From positions 156,364,001 to 156,428,000 of the forward strand of contig NC_043000.1 of assembly GCF_006345805.1 (NCBI RefSeq): a DNA stretch of 64,000 bases, written 5' to 3'. The stretch is from Octopus sinensis. Lineage: Eukaryota. This document shows, one piece after another, positions 1 to 13,200 of this stretch (within the stretch, counting starts at the first letter, position 1; every line of letters begins with the position of its first letter). The position numbers and the translations under genes are program-made. Below the pieces are notes generated by a model. It saw only the letters and a list, made by a program, of their open reading frames with translations, was not told the DNA's origin and ran no database searches.

Positions 1-32
1 TCAATTCTTTTTTATTGGCCACAAGGGCTGGT

Positions 33-262
33 AATAATCTTTTCTAACAAAGGCAGAAGACTAGGAATTTGGGCGGAGGAGGTTGTTGATTAAATGGACA
101 TCAGTACTTGGCTAGTACTTTATTTTATCAACCTCCAACTTCCCAGAATAATGAAAGGCAAATTTGACCCCCAATGGAAATTTGAAGTCAGAATGTAAAG
201 GGAGATAACTAAATATAGCACAGTTTTTCTGACGGTCTATTGATTTTCCTAATACACCGCCA
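33..262 (-). mobile_element. Degenerate tRNA-derived SINE (in-window family C)
   Basis: Diverged match (atgaaaggcaaatttgaccc...gaaatttgaagtcagaatgtaaag) to the better preserved copies at 36321-36552 and 45125-45300. Confidence 0.55.
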
Positions 263-444
263 TAATAATAATAATAATAATAAATAATAATAATAATAAT
301 AATAATAATATTGTTTCAGTTCTGAGCCCTTTGATCATGGTGTTTTTGTCTATATTGATATAAAAATGGTGTATAAAAAACAGATTATATGAGTGAGTGA
401 ATATACATACACACACACATGCATACATACATACATGTATAAGT

Positions 445-495
<51 letters not shown>

Positions 496-1115
496 TATAT
501 ATATATATAGGTATATATATATAGGTATATATGTATATATATAGGTATATATGTATATATATATATATAGGTATATATATATATATATATAGGTATATAT
601 GTATATATATATATAGGTATATATGTATATATATATATAGGTATATATGTATATATATATATAGGTATATATGTATATATATATAGGTATATATGTATAT
701 ATATATAGGTATATATGTATATATATATATAGGTATATATATATATATATATATGATGGAACCAATGCTAGTTGGTAAGTATGTGTGTGTGTGTTTGTGT
801 GTGTATGTGCATGAGTGCTATATGGAACTCTTTTTAAAGAAATATATAAGGGTGAAAAACATGAAATTATATAAACACGTGAAGGTGAAAAAAAAAATTT
901 TGGTTATCATCTTTTCATTTCTTTTTCTTTTCACATTATTTCCCCCCCCCCAGTTCCATTCTCTAACATTTTCGTCAGGTGCTAAATTTACTAAATCAGA
1001 AAGACATATATATATAACATTTGTGCCTGCAAAGACAAACGAACAAACATATATGGATAGAAACACACACACACATACACACACATATACATGCATACAT
1101 ACATACATACATACA

Positions 1116-1149
<34 letters not shown>

Positions 1150-1359
1150 CATACAGATGTATCTAAATAAATTTGTACATTAGTTCATAGTGCATTTCAT
1201 AATTACATATAGAAATTGTAACAAGCAAACACACGTACTTATATACACACAAGCATATATACATACACTGATACAACCATACAAACATACATATATATGT
1301 TTGCATTCATTACATTTATACATCTATGTATGTGTGTGTATGTATTTATATATATATAT

Positions 1360-1412
<53 letters not shown>

Positions 1413-2515
1413 TATATATATGCATACACACATATACATAGATACATATACATGCACACACACACACACACACAGATATATGTAAACATGCTAAACATGC
1501 ATTCATATTCACCATATATCTAGTGAAGGTGAAGAACTAAAGATCAGTGTGTACTGAGTCTATGAAAATGTAACACACACACATGTATATATTCACTGTA
1601 TGTAGTTGGTACTTGTTTTTGAAATAGCAAAGTGTATGTGTGTGTATGTTTGTGTAAAGTCATTGTATGCATTTATTTATGTGTATTGGAGTGTGTGTGT
1701 GTGTGTGTGTATAACTTAATGAATACAGAAGTCATACATGAGCAATTTCAAGTTTCATACTTGGAAAGTGCAGTACTAGAATGTGCTTGTACAACATGAA
1801 ACTTGAAGTAGCTCACATGAACTGCTGCAGTTATCAAATGATAATTTACTCTCGCTGAATTGAGCATTTTATTTACTGATCCTATCATGTGAACAGAACA
1901 TATATATATATATATATATGTATGTGTGTATGTCTGTGTAAATATATATATATTTGTGTTTAACTAGTATATAGACGAGGCAAACACTATCATTCAATAA
2001 ATAAATAAATATGTGCTATATTTTTGGGACAGAGACTGAATGACACAGTTTGTCTGGTGAAAAGGCAAGCATACTAACTACTTCACAAAGTGACACTATT
2101 GTGTTTTGTTCTTACCAAGTGATCTGTATGTCTTACTTAATGTGGCTATACTGTAAGGAAGCCGCAATACTGTGGCATTTGTTTTGAGAATGTGTCTCGA
2201 ACAGACAGTTAAAAAAATTTCATTTTGCATATTGTTGACATTTCATTCTATAACTAGGATCTATTTTTAAGTTGGTCCCTAAGCATTGTAGTAATACACA
2301 GGAAGATATCCCTTCTCTCTCTTAGCAACCCAGAATAAAGAAGAAAATAAAAAAAAAGAATTGAAAAGAAGTAAAGACAAAAAAATAGCCATGAAAATTT
2401 AACCCCCTCTCTGCCATCAATTTTGCAATCTGACCTTGTAACCTTGTAATGTCTCTATTATACATGACCCAAATAAAAAAAATATTACTGTTATTATTAT
2501 CATTACCATTATTTT

Positions 2516-2657
2516 ATATATGCACAGCAGGTTAAACTGTTGGAAAAGAAAAATTCCCAACATCAGACTACAATAAGTAACCTTAGATGCCAAGAACCTT
2601 CCTAAGTATCCTAGCTGTTGCTTATAACACTGTTTTCTGGACCTGCACTAAACGAAT
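2516..2657 (-). mobile_element. 3' end of R4/Dong-like RLE retrotransposon, heavily 5'-truncated
   Basis: Minus strand translates VQVQKTVL*ATARILRKVLGI*, the typical RLE-element C-terminus, followed by a 3' UTR that is homologous to 18596-18767. (TAA)n lies on its 5' side. Confidence 0.7.
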
Positions 2658-2690
2658 CATTATTATTATTATTATTATTATTAATATTAT

Positions 2691-3182
2691 TGAGTGGGAG
2701 AGCAGTGCATGCCATCAAAGTGACACTGGATACATCACACACATGCATCACAACCATATGTGCATAACATGGTGATCTCATATCAAGATAAACAGCACAT
2801 GACCTTGCAGGTTAGAATTTCCTTCAGGTTGAGTAGCCCATCCCTCTCAAAGGTTCATGAATAAGGGTTGTTTGAAGATGCTGAACGAAATACCTATGTT
2901 TCCAAAGGTGAACTATTCAAACCCCAAAGAATCCCTCTCAACACGTGGCTATGATGCTCCCCCACTACTTCTGCTCGTGATCAGAGATGCACATATCGTC
3001 AGCCACTAAGGGACATGGTCAACTGGTTAAGGTCAAACAACTGATAAGCAAATCTGTGGTATTGAGCAGAATATTTACTATTAGCCCATCTTTTATACCA
3101 AGACAAATCAATGTACATGATAACACTTCTACTTAGTTAAGATAGAAGCCATGAGAGCCACTCCCTGGTACTCAATCAGGGC

Positions 3183-3184
<2 letters not shown>
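2691..3184. repeat. ~495-nt complex-sequence interspersed element embedded in a (TTA)n tract
   Basis: GC-richer than its flanks and bounded on both sides by (TTA)n. Only one copy in the window; family not established. Confidence 0.45.
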
Positions 3185-3236
<52 letters not shown>

Positions 3237-3250
3237 ATTATTATTATTAA

Positions 3251-3313
<63 letters not shown>

Positions 3314-3699
3314 CATGTCCTATGTTTTTATTATATCTTTTGCTCTTTAAAAATGTATGTACACCATTAAATTTTTTTGGTTTTGCTTTATATTTGTACT
3401 GTCCTTGTGGCAAATAGAGCCCTCTTCCTTCCCCTACTCTTCTTCCCTTAATATCACTGTTACTAATTTTTTTTTTTTTACCAGTATTACTAATATTAGT
3501 AGTGTTAGTAGTTGCACAACTATTCTTACTTGTGAACAGGATATCTTATATAATCATATCCAAATAAAAAAACAAAACAAAACAAAAATAAAACAAAAAA
3601 ATTAAATTAATTATAATAAATAAAAGTATATTAATACTTTAATCAGAGGATAAAAATAACAACAACAACAACAACAACAAAAATAAATCAAGTGTTTGT

Positions 3700-3910
3700 T
3701 TCTAACATAGGCACAAGGCCTGAAATTTGTGTGTGTGTAGGTGGGTGGGTGATGGGCATTTAATCAATACCATTGTCCATGGTATTATATTTTATTAACA
3801 CCCCAGAGGGACAAAAGGTCAAGTTGATCTTGGTAGGTTTTGAACTCATAATGCAAAAAGCTAAAACGAATGTTGTAAGAGCAGTTTTTTTAATGCTCTG
3901 CTGATTCTGT
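3700..3910 (-). mobile_element. Degenerate SINE family C copy
   Basis: Contains the taggcacaaggcctgaaattt tail and a diverged aaggtcaagttgatcttggtaggttttgaactcata core. Confidence 0.5.
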
Positions 3911-4232
3911 TTATCCACCACACTAATTAATTAGATAATGAGTTTTAAAAAAAAATGTCATCAATAGAAAACTTAGAAACAAACAATTCAAAGCAAGAAT
4001 CCAAACTGAACAAGTAAATTAACAAAAAAAAAAGTGGAAAAAAGTCAGTAAAAAATATATAAGATTGCCTGTGACATGTTAAAATGTTAAATCAGAAGTT
4101 CAGATGATAGGAGATAATAATTGTGGGAGGGATAAGAGAGGATATTTTCAAGGGATTTGAGATTTAGGATGTGTGGTATGATATGTTGGGTGATGGCGCT
4201 AACATAGAAACAGCCATGGAATGTGTGTGTGC

Positions 4233-4267
<35 letters not shown>

Positions 4268-4652
4268 AGTGCATGTGAAGGTTTTGCAGAGTGATGTGAT
4301 GTCTCTGTCTTAATGATATAAACTTGAGCATTTATTATAATATATTGTGTTTAGAAATGGAGGAGAAAAAAAATAAAAATAAAAATAAATCTTTGTTCCT
4401 ATTTTAGATGAAATATTGGCTGGCATATACACTTATACACTGTCACACGTATATATACATACCAATCATGAACCATTCATAATCAAAAGTGTTTAGCAAA
4501 TTTGGAAAGTATGTGAAATTTCATATATTCCTTTATTTTTTTATGTGTTCCTATCCAAAGGCTGTGGCTTTGCTGGGACAACTATTAACTATATGTAAGT
4601 ACATGTGTATATATATTCATATGCACACACACACATATATGTATGCACATGC

Positions 4653-4689
<37 letters not shown>

Positions 4690-4963
4690 TATGTATGTAT
4701 ATGTATGTATGTATGTGATTAGTTAATTTTCATGTACATTTGTATTTTTTTGTCTTGTGAGATTTCTAAATTGTTAACTTGTCTTTCATAATAATCATTT
4801 TGACTAATGGCATAGTAGCCCTGAACAGTTTAACAATCTCTTGTATGCCCATTTAGTACAAGTAGCTAACAAAACATATTGAAATGTGCTACATTCAACA
4901 AAGGTGTCCCTTAATTTCTATGTATGTATGTGTGTGTGTATATATATATATATATATACAACC

Positions 4964-5054
4964 GTCTCTGCTGATGAGGCACGCCAGTTGTAAATAAATT
5001 TAATTAATTAATTTGTTTACCAAAGTTTGCCGAAACTATGCATAGTCCAGATAT
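4964..5054 (+). ncRNA. Type I hammerhead ribozyme motif
   Basis: Stem I gtctctg/cagatat (6 of 7 pairs); CTGATGA core at 4971-4977; stem II ggca/tgcc; GAAA at 5032-5035; palindromic stem III actatgcatagt; GTC cleavage triplet at 5045-5047. Confidence 0.8.
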
Positions 5055-5276
5055 GAAAGGGGTAAACGTTTTTATTTCTCTTTCTATTTCAGAATTAAAA
5101 CTATTTAGCGGTTTGAGTTTGGCTGCTCTTTCTAGTGAGTCGAATGTCCTATTATGGCCATTCCTTATATTGTTGAATGTATATTATATAGTCTTTGACT
5201 ATCTTTTCTTTCTCACTAGACCACTGGCAGTGGAGAATTTTTTCTAGAATTTTTTGCTACCCTTATATTTATTAAT

Positions 5277-5310
<34 letters not shown>

Positions 5311-5356
5311 GTTGAACGATGAGAATGAGTGCTCAACATCACACTGGTGGAAAGAT

Positions 5357-5679
5357 TTTCTTTATTTGTGTATTAAGGTTAGCATTGGTTCCATGTTAAG
5401 AAAACTATCTTAATATCCTAACAATTTTTCAAGCCGACCACATGGAGGGATGGTGTTTGTTTCCATTTTGGATGAAAACGCAAAGTCTCATGTATTCACA
5501 GAAAGTCTCATAAAGAAAACAATAAATTAAGGGCGGAAAATTCACAAGACTATGTGTTTTCACCCAAAATGGATATGAACGCCATCCCTCCATGTGATTG
5601 GCTTGAAAAATTGTTAAGATATTAAGATATTTTTCATAACATGAAACCGATAGTAGTCTTAATACAGAAACAAAGGAAA
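5357..5679. mobile_element. Foldback/MITE-like element with ~125-140-nt terminal inverted repeats
   Basis: 5407-5457 matches the reverse complement of 5578-5628 at 47/51 nt, and similarity extends to both ends. No coding capacity; TSD not identified. Confidence 0.75.
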
Positions 5680-5694
5680 TAAATATATATATAC

Positions 5695-6140
5695 ACATGT
5701 GTGGTTAAGGAAGCTTACTACGTGAGTTCATGTTTAGTCCCACTGCATGTTACCTTGGGCAAATGTCTTGTACTATAGCCCCAAGTCAATGAAAGCCTTG
5801 TGAATGAATTTAGCTGATGGGAACTAAAAGACACCCATCATGTATGTTTACATCTATAAATGTATGTGTGTGTGTGTAAGTGTGGTGTGTGTGTGTGTTT
5901 TTGTGTGTACTCCTTCTTGACATCATGTGATGGTTGTAAACGAGCATCATCATCATACAAATGATGTTGCACATTTCCAGTTTTCCATGAAAGACATGTT
6001 TAGTCATAGGAAATATTACGTTACTTGGAAAGAGACGAAGCCTGGCAACCGGAAGGATATCCATTCCCAACAGAATTCCGTCTAACCCATACTAGCATGG
6101 AAAAGTGGACGTTAAAGGATGATAATAATGATGACGATGA
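5695..6140 (+). mobile_element. tRNA-derived SINE: family B head and core with an alternative 3' tail
   Basis: Head gtgtggttaag..., core ccttgggcaaatgtcttgtactatagcc, an internal (TG)n, and a tail ending acccatactagcatggaaaagtggacgttaaa + (GAT)-like repeats. Confidence 0.75.
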
Positions 6141-6159
6141 TACATATCTATCTATCTAC

Positions 6160-6241
<82 letters not shown>

Positions 6242-6274
6242 GCCTGTCTGTCTGTCTGTCTATCAATCAAACTA

Positions 6275-6390
6275 TCCTTTTTTTTGTTTCTTTAGTTTTT
6301 TGTTTTTTGTTTTTTTCATCCCCAAAAGAAAAACTCTACCTTGTAACTTGTCCCATCTGTGTGTAGCCCTGTGTGGCAAATAAAGAAACT
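6275..6390 (+). mobile_element. Short 3' end of a (TATC)n-associated retroelement
   Basis: aaaagaaaaactctaccttgtaacttgtcccatctgtgtgtagccctgtgtggcaaataaagaaac is homologous to 59701-59768 and 60238-60303, and is flanked by (TATC)n. Confidence 0.7.
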
Positions 6391-7386
6391 TATCTATCTA
6401 TATATATATGAGTGTATGTGTGTGTCAGTGAGCATATGTCAGTATACATATCTGTTAGTAAGGAATTTTGTGTGTATGAGAATATGGGTGTATGCATATT
6501 TGTGTGTATGTATGAGCACAAGTACATCGTTGAATGCATGTCTAAGAAAAATATTTACAAAAAGTTGTAGTTCTCAGCCTTACAATTAGACAATATCCAA
6601 GCAAATTATCACTATTTGGTAGCAGTTATTAATATAATACCAATAATAATAATAATTATCATTATTATTATTATTATTGTTCTGAACATTGTAGAAGCTA
6701 CCATTTTGAAAAACATACACCAAAAAAAAAAAAAAATTGAAAAATAATAATAATAAAAAAAAGATAAACTCAAATCAAATCAAATCAAAGAAGCTTTATC
6801 GGAGGTAGCATTGTGAAAAGACTTAATTAAGAGGTAGAATCATAAGGAGCTTTCACAATAGTATTAGCTGTAGTTATTGTAGTGAGAATCAACCAAAGTC
6901 AGTCCAAATGTGATTCATAAGAAAAGTATGGAAAAGAAATCTAACTAAAACGTATGTCTGTGTATGCTTGTATGCATGTTTGCATATGCACATGTGCATA
7001 TTATATATATATATTATATATATATATTATATATATATATATGTATATATATATATGTATATGTATATATATGTATATGTATATATATGTATATGTATAT
7101 ATATATATGTATATATATATGTATATATATAGTATATATATATATACATATATATATATAGTATATATATATATGTATATATATATATACATATATATAT
7201 GTGTATATGTATCTATGTATATGTATGTAATATATATACATATGTATACACATACAAACATACATATATATATGCATGTATATATTTATTATATACATGC
7301 ACAAACACAATATATATGCATATATACACATATCATTATGGTGTGTACACACACACATATATTATAATATATTATATATATATATG

Positions 7387-7456
<70 letters not shown>

Positions 7457-8308
7457 GCATGTATATATTTGCATCTATGTATGTGTGTGTATATGTTTGC
7501 ATGTATGTATATGTATATGTATGAATATATATATGTATATATATGTATATATATATTCCTATACATACCTTCATACACACATACATACATACACCACATG
7601 CTTTATGACAAACAAGTAGAGGCAGATGAACATAAAGACAGGGCGACATGAGTGTAATAAAGTATAAATAATTAATAGTGTCAAATATCAAAATGGCATG
7701 TATATATATATACATACATACATGCACATATATGCATGTACATATATATATATATCTATATATATATTTACATTTATATATATATATAAGGTAGGCAGGT
7801 GGAAAAGTGAGTAGGTATTGAGTAGATTCATTTTTCATTTTTTTTTTGATAGGGGATGGATGGGCTTGGAATGGGTCATCAGCTTCCATTGACAGCTGAT
7901 CAATGTAATAGTCAATCAATCAATCAATCAATCAATCCATGAATTGGTCAATCAAATCAACCTATTAATCAGTTTTATGATAGTGGAGTGTGATTCCTAT
8001 TGATACAGTAAGGTCAGTTCAGGGTGACAGTTGCCCTTTTACATAATTTACGTCCATATCAAACTGGATGTTCGTTTCTTGCTCAGTTTTTCAAATGTTG
8101 GTTTGTTTTATTTAAGTTCAGTAATCTTGATTCTGTTTCATAAGATAGTTTGTCACATCTTTGTGTTTTATCACATTTCTCTTTTATTCTTTCAGAGCTT
8201 CCCTCTATTCGTTCACTCTTTTCTCAATTTTATTATTTACGTCTCTTGTTTTCCATTCTATTTTTATTTCCTTAGGCATACTCACACACACACACTCAGT
8301 TTCTAGTT

Positions 8309-8342
<34 letters not shown>

Positions 8343-9052
8343 CATCTCTCTAATGCTCTCACTCTCTCTAGTTCTTCATCTCTCACTATCACTCTTGCTG
8401 GTGTTTTTTTTCTGATACCTTCTTGGTTGTTGCAGTGAAATGAAAAATTTTTATTTATTAATTTTTTCATTCCTTTCTGCCTTTCTTTCTTTCAATTCAG
8501 TTCTTCTGACTTTCTGGTTTAATTTCATTCATTCATTCTATATTTCTTTCTTTCTCTTATATCTACATGCAAATTTTCTTTTCCAATTTCCCCCACAGCC
8601 TTTTTACTTTCCATGCAAGGAATTCTTTTCTTCCATCGTTACTTTTTTTCTTTCCTTCATCAATCCATTTATTCATTTATTCATAATTCATTCATTCATT
8701 GTCAAAAAAAACCTCTTTACCCTCATTCCAAAATAGAAATCTCCTTTTCATTCAGGCAATAGTCTTTTTTTTTCTTTTTCAGAATGTGATCCATGAAAAG
8801 TTAGAGAATTATTTGGATTGACTAAAAAAAGTTTTTAGTGCTGGTCAAATTTATAATTTAAGTGACCAGATATAATTTTAGATTGGACAGATATTGTTTA
8901 TTGTTTTTAAAAAAAAAAAAAAATAAATAAAAAAAGAAAGAAAAGTAAAACAAAACAAAATGCAAAAAACCCTCCAAGGAAAGCCAGAAAATCATGTTAG
9001 TCTGGCCTCTATAATATAAAGTAGAAAGAAGAGAGTAAAGAAGAAGCAGTAA

Positions 9053-9104
<52 letters not shown>

Positions 9105-9371
9105 AGGTTAGATTTCTTTTAATATTAGCATCTCACTACTGGGAATTGAGCAAACTTATTATTATTATTATTATTATTATTAATATTATTATTATTATCG
9201 TTAATTTTGGGTTTAATTTATAACATTATGAAATTTAATTTTTTTTTTCTTTAGATATGTTTTAATTAGTTTTTTTCTTATATATTTTTGTCAGTTAATT
9301 TTCTTTTATTGTGATTGTCTGACACACTAACTGTCATTCAGCCTGCCTGTTTATTCACATGTCTGTGTTCC

Positions 9372-9442
<71 letters not shown>

Positions 9443-10202
9443 TATGCATGTATGTATGTATGTATGTATGTATGTATGTATGTATGTGTGTAAATTCAGC
9501 TTAGGTAAATTCTAGCTCAAGATCCACCAATACAGAATTACTGACTCATATATACATAATTTTAAGACAGTGCATTTATAGATAGATATATATCGACAGC
9601 TGGTACATACATACATACATACATAGATGTACGTATTCACACACATACACACACACATATATATATACGTACATTCGTATGTATAAACATGCAAGCGTAC
9701 TTACATGCCTACATACGTGCGTACGTACGTACATACAAACATACATTCATTCATACATGTATGCATTACAGTCATTCACAAGAAACACTCGGCGATCTTG
9801 AATTTATTTCACTGGCATTCACGCACACAAAACAACATTCTTCTGCAGCAACAACAACAACAACAACAACAAGCACAAGGACAACCACAAATAACATAAG
9901 CAGCAGCAGCAGCAGTAGCAGCAGCAATTATATAACAACGGCAATACGTTACCTCACAGTTACAAAATCATTAATAAAATTCAACAATAATAACATTAAA
10001 CAATAGAAGCAATAAAATTTTTTTTGCATAGGTAAGATGTTTGAATTTTAAAGGAGGGAATTATGAAAGTCGTGGCGTTCATGCTTTATCCAGAGGCATT
10101 AGCGACAGAAAAGAAAAAAAAGCAACAACAAAACTACAAGGGTAATTAAATTAAAAAAAAAGGAAGACTAATGAGCAAAAGCCACCAACTCGCTTTCTCA
10201 CT

Positions 10203-10270
10203 GATCTCCTGGATATACGGATCTCCTGGATTTACGGATCTCCTGGAAATACGGATCTCCTGGATTTACG
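10203..10270. repeat. 17-bp minisatellite, 4 copies (GATCTCCTGGAWWTACG)
   Basis: Four exact-period units that differ only at unit positions 12-13. Confidence 0.95.
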
Positions 10271-13200
10271 GCTGCTAAGTTTTGAATTTTGTTTTGATTT
10301 ATTTCGTTTCGTTTCTTTCATTTCGTTTTTATCAAGCTACACGGACTGCCCTGTTTTTGGTTTAAATTATCATACTTCCTTAAATCGACTTTATAAGCCC
10401 TGGGCCAGCGCTTCCATATGGTTTCTGTGTGTTTCATTAAGAAGTAGATGACTGAGAGAGACAGACCTTCTAGGTTACTTTTTTCCTTAAGGCAAAATAC
10501 TAGTCAGGATTAAAAACTGACAAATCTCTTTGCTTTTCACTGCCAGTTGCAATGGGATGATCCCACTCTGCAATACCTATTTGCAGCTAGAAGGACCGGC
10601 TATTGAATGTTACGTGTCTCTTGACCAGGAACATAACATTGCGTCGATGACGTGAAATGAGTCAACAACTCTGTCGATGGTTGTCTGATATATCCCTGTC
10701 ATTCTGTTATCTCTTTAAGAGGAAATTGTAAACATTTCATTCATAACGACTTCACTATTGTGATGGAATAATTTAAAACAAGGCCGCGATGTGAACGCTT
10801 CTGTTATGGGTCCAGATCAGGTTAGAGAAGGACTTGAACTCAACACAGTAAGCTATAGGCTAACAAAACTCACTAATTACACAATTCTCCAGCTGCTCAC
10901 AGTTGTTATTAGCAGGAGTGGGTTCGAGTCTACTCTTGGCGCTCTAATTATAACTAGGAAGAATATGCTAATTAATAGTTCAGTGTCTGTACGCTGGACA
11001 CAGTACAATGTCGACAAAGGAATACAAGAGTATGTCATTTCGTTTAGTAGTCTGGCATCTTATCCACTTGGCCAGCAGCGACTCTGCAAACTTAATGAAA
11101 TAAAAGGCGGCGTAAGAGAATAAAAAATTAAATATATATATAAAAATGAGTTATGAATAACATCAAACTGATTTGTTTACGAGACCTTTGATATCTTTGA
11201 ATACTAGAAAAGTTGTTAAAGAAGTGCTTCAGTAGTCGATATTTAGTTTTCGTTCTCCAGCAATTTCTTTGGTCGGTCTGTATCTGCTAAGTAAGTATAA
11301 CGAATAATGGTGTCTTTTGAATTGGAAAGAAGCCCTACGTTCTAAAGGAGAGTGCATAATAATTTTACGATATTCATATCTGTCTCAAGGATATTAGTAG
11401 CTAAATAAAATTGATATCAAAAGCTGACTGAAATCGGATTGCAGTCTGAATATATTGAGAGTTTATCTCTTTCAGTGCTACTCATACTAAAATAATTAAG
11501 AAGGTTAAATGATTGGACGAACAGCAGACCGTCGTGAAAAGTGTGTTTAACTTGTGAGTCAGTGAAATAAGCGATTGAAAAATGTAGGAATCTACGAGGA
11601 TTGTCAATCAAAGTCTATCACACAGTGCTAATATTTATGGTCTACTAGTAAATGTTTCAAGGATTTGTAGAATTTAGTGGCTTACATAGAAATAGAAAAG
11701 AGCTAGTGAAGTAGTTTGCAGCCCACAACCCAGGAATAAACACGTGCAATATACTATTCTTTTTCTTACATATACTACTGAACCTATACATTATCTAATT
11801 GCAAATGAAAGAAAAAGGAAAAGAGAGAAAGGTAAAGCGACATCAAAGCAAATGGAAATAATACTAAGGAATAACTAATAGAGTTGCGATGGAATGGAAA
11901 TATTTATGAAAAATACTTATTTACTACAAGACAGGAAACTTTTTTTGATTTATAAAATTTAACTTTGTGATGTGAATAAACATTCGGTGATGCTCCAGTA
12001 TGACCAAAGCCTACTGGCTGGAACCAATAATAAAGGTGAAAGAGTAAATGACGTTCTGTTCTTCAGATCCTGTGTTGAAATAGATATTGTATTTTGGTTA
12101 ATGTTGTTTAAAGTGCATTCATGATTTGGGCGTGCGTGCAAATGTCAGTTTGTTTATTAATTATCAAAATGACAAACAAGAAGAGTGTGTTAAAAATACA
12201 ATAACATAGTCGTACAGTTATTTAGATTAAAAAGAACATTTAGAACATCAACAAAATATTAAAAGAAGCAATTTTTCCTTAATCAATTTATATTTCTTCT
12301 GATTAGACTTTTCGAGAATCTTTTGTTAGGAAAAGGAAGGAATTTGTAGTCTAAGTGAATTGACTCCAAAATTTTACCTGGGTTCAATTTTATCAAAACA
12401 GTACGAATACGAAGGTAAAATTCGGGCTTGAACCAAGAGAGACGTAAATAATTGAATGGATTTAGTTTATTTCGTGTCTTACCCATCACTGCAGCGCACT
12501 TTTCAAAAAAAATTTATCATAAATGAATTAAAACTAAGCAAAATAAAATATATTTGGAGAAACGCATTATAAAGCATTAAAAAAATATGAATTTAAAGCC
12601 AACAATATTTTAGAGTTATCTCCCTTAGAAAGTAATTAGAGTTATTTCCCTTGAACTTATCTACAATTTTGATATTTTCGTACATTATCTAATGCATACT
12701 CTCGACTACAACGAATTCGATCTCGGCATAGTAATCTTTTAAAATATTTTCTATTGCAACAATTCTATGTTAGCTAGGTAACTAACTATGGAGTTGTTTT
12801 TCTTCCCCTTCTTTTTTTCTAATTTTCTTTTTATTTAAAAAGAACAAAATACTTCCGTTGTCATGCAAGCGAGAGAAAGGAAGTTTCAGTGCCTTGCCTG
12901 AGCCAGAAAATTAGGGTTATTCATTCTGTACGAACGATCAGCTCAGTCCACTCCTTATCTATAGAGCCATCATAACTTTCTACGTTTTTAAATTAAGCGA
13001 AAGTTGTTTCTAAATGTATTTAAAAATTTATATTGGCTGACCTTCCTCCCGTGGCAATTTCGATCATCTATCTTCGAGTATTACCGAAACACAAATGTTA
13101 TATTTTAGGGAACGCAGGAAACGGAAAAATTGTGACATTCCTGTCTTTTCTAAAGACAGCAGTGAAGTTGCAGCAACTGAGATAACTCCAAACTCGTTAC

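Noticed and set aside
7853-7904. Possible plus-strand exon after tttttttgatag ([17 protein letters not shown], or [14 protein letters not shown])
   Set aside because: No convincing donor, ambiguous frame and no recognisable homology.
10203-10270. CRISPR-like or operator-like array (contains CCWGG)
   Set aside because: The units are contiguous with no spacers, and the context is eukaryotic.
10648-10664. Adjacent CRE-like TGACGT and AP-1 TGAGTCA sites
   Set aside because: Short motifs expected by chance in 64 kb; the region also resembles an old SINE core.
10791-11123. 110-aa complex-sequence ORF
   Set aside because: GTG start, no domain motifs and no splice or homology support.
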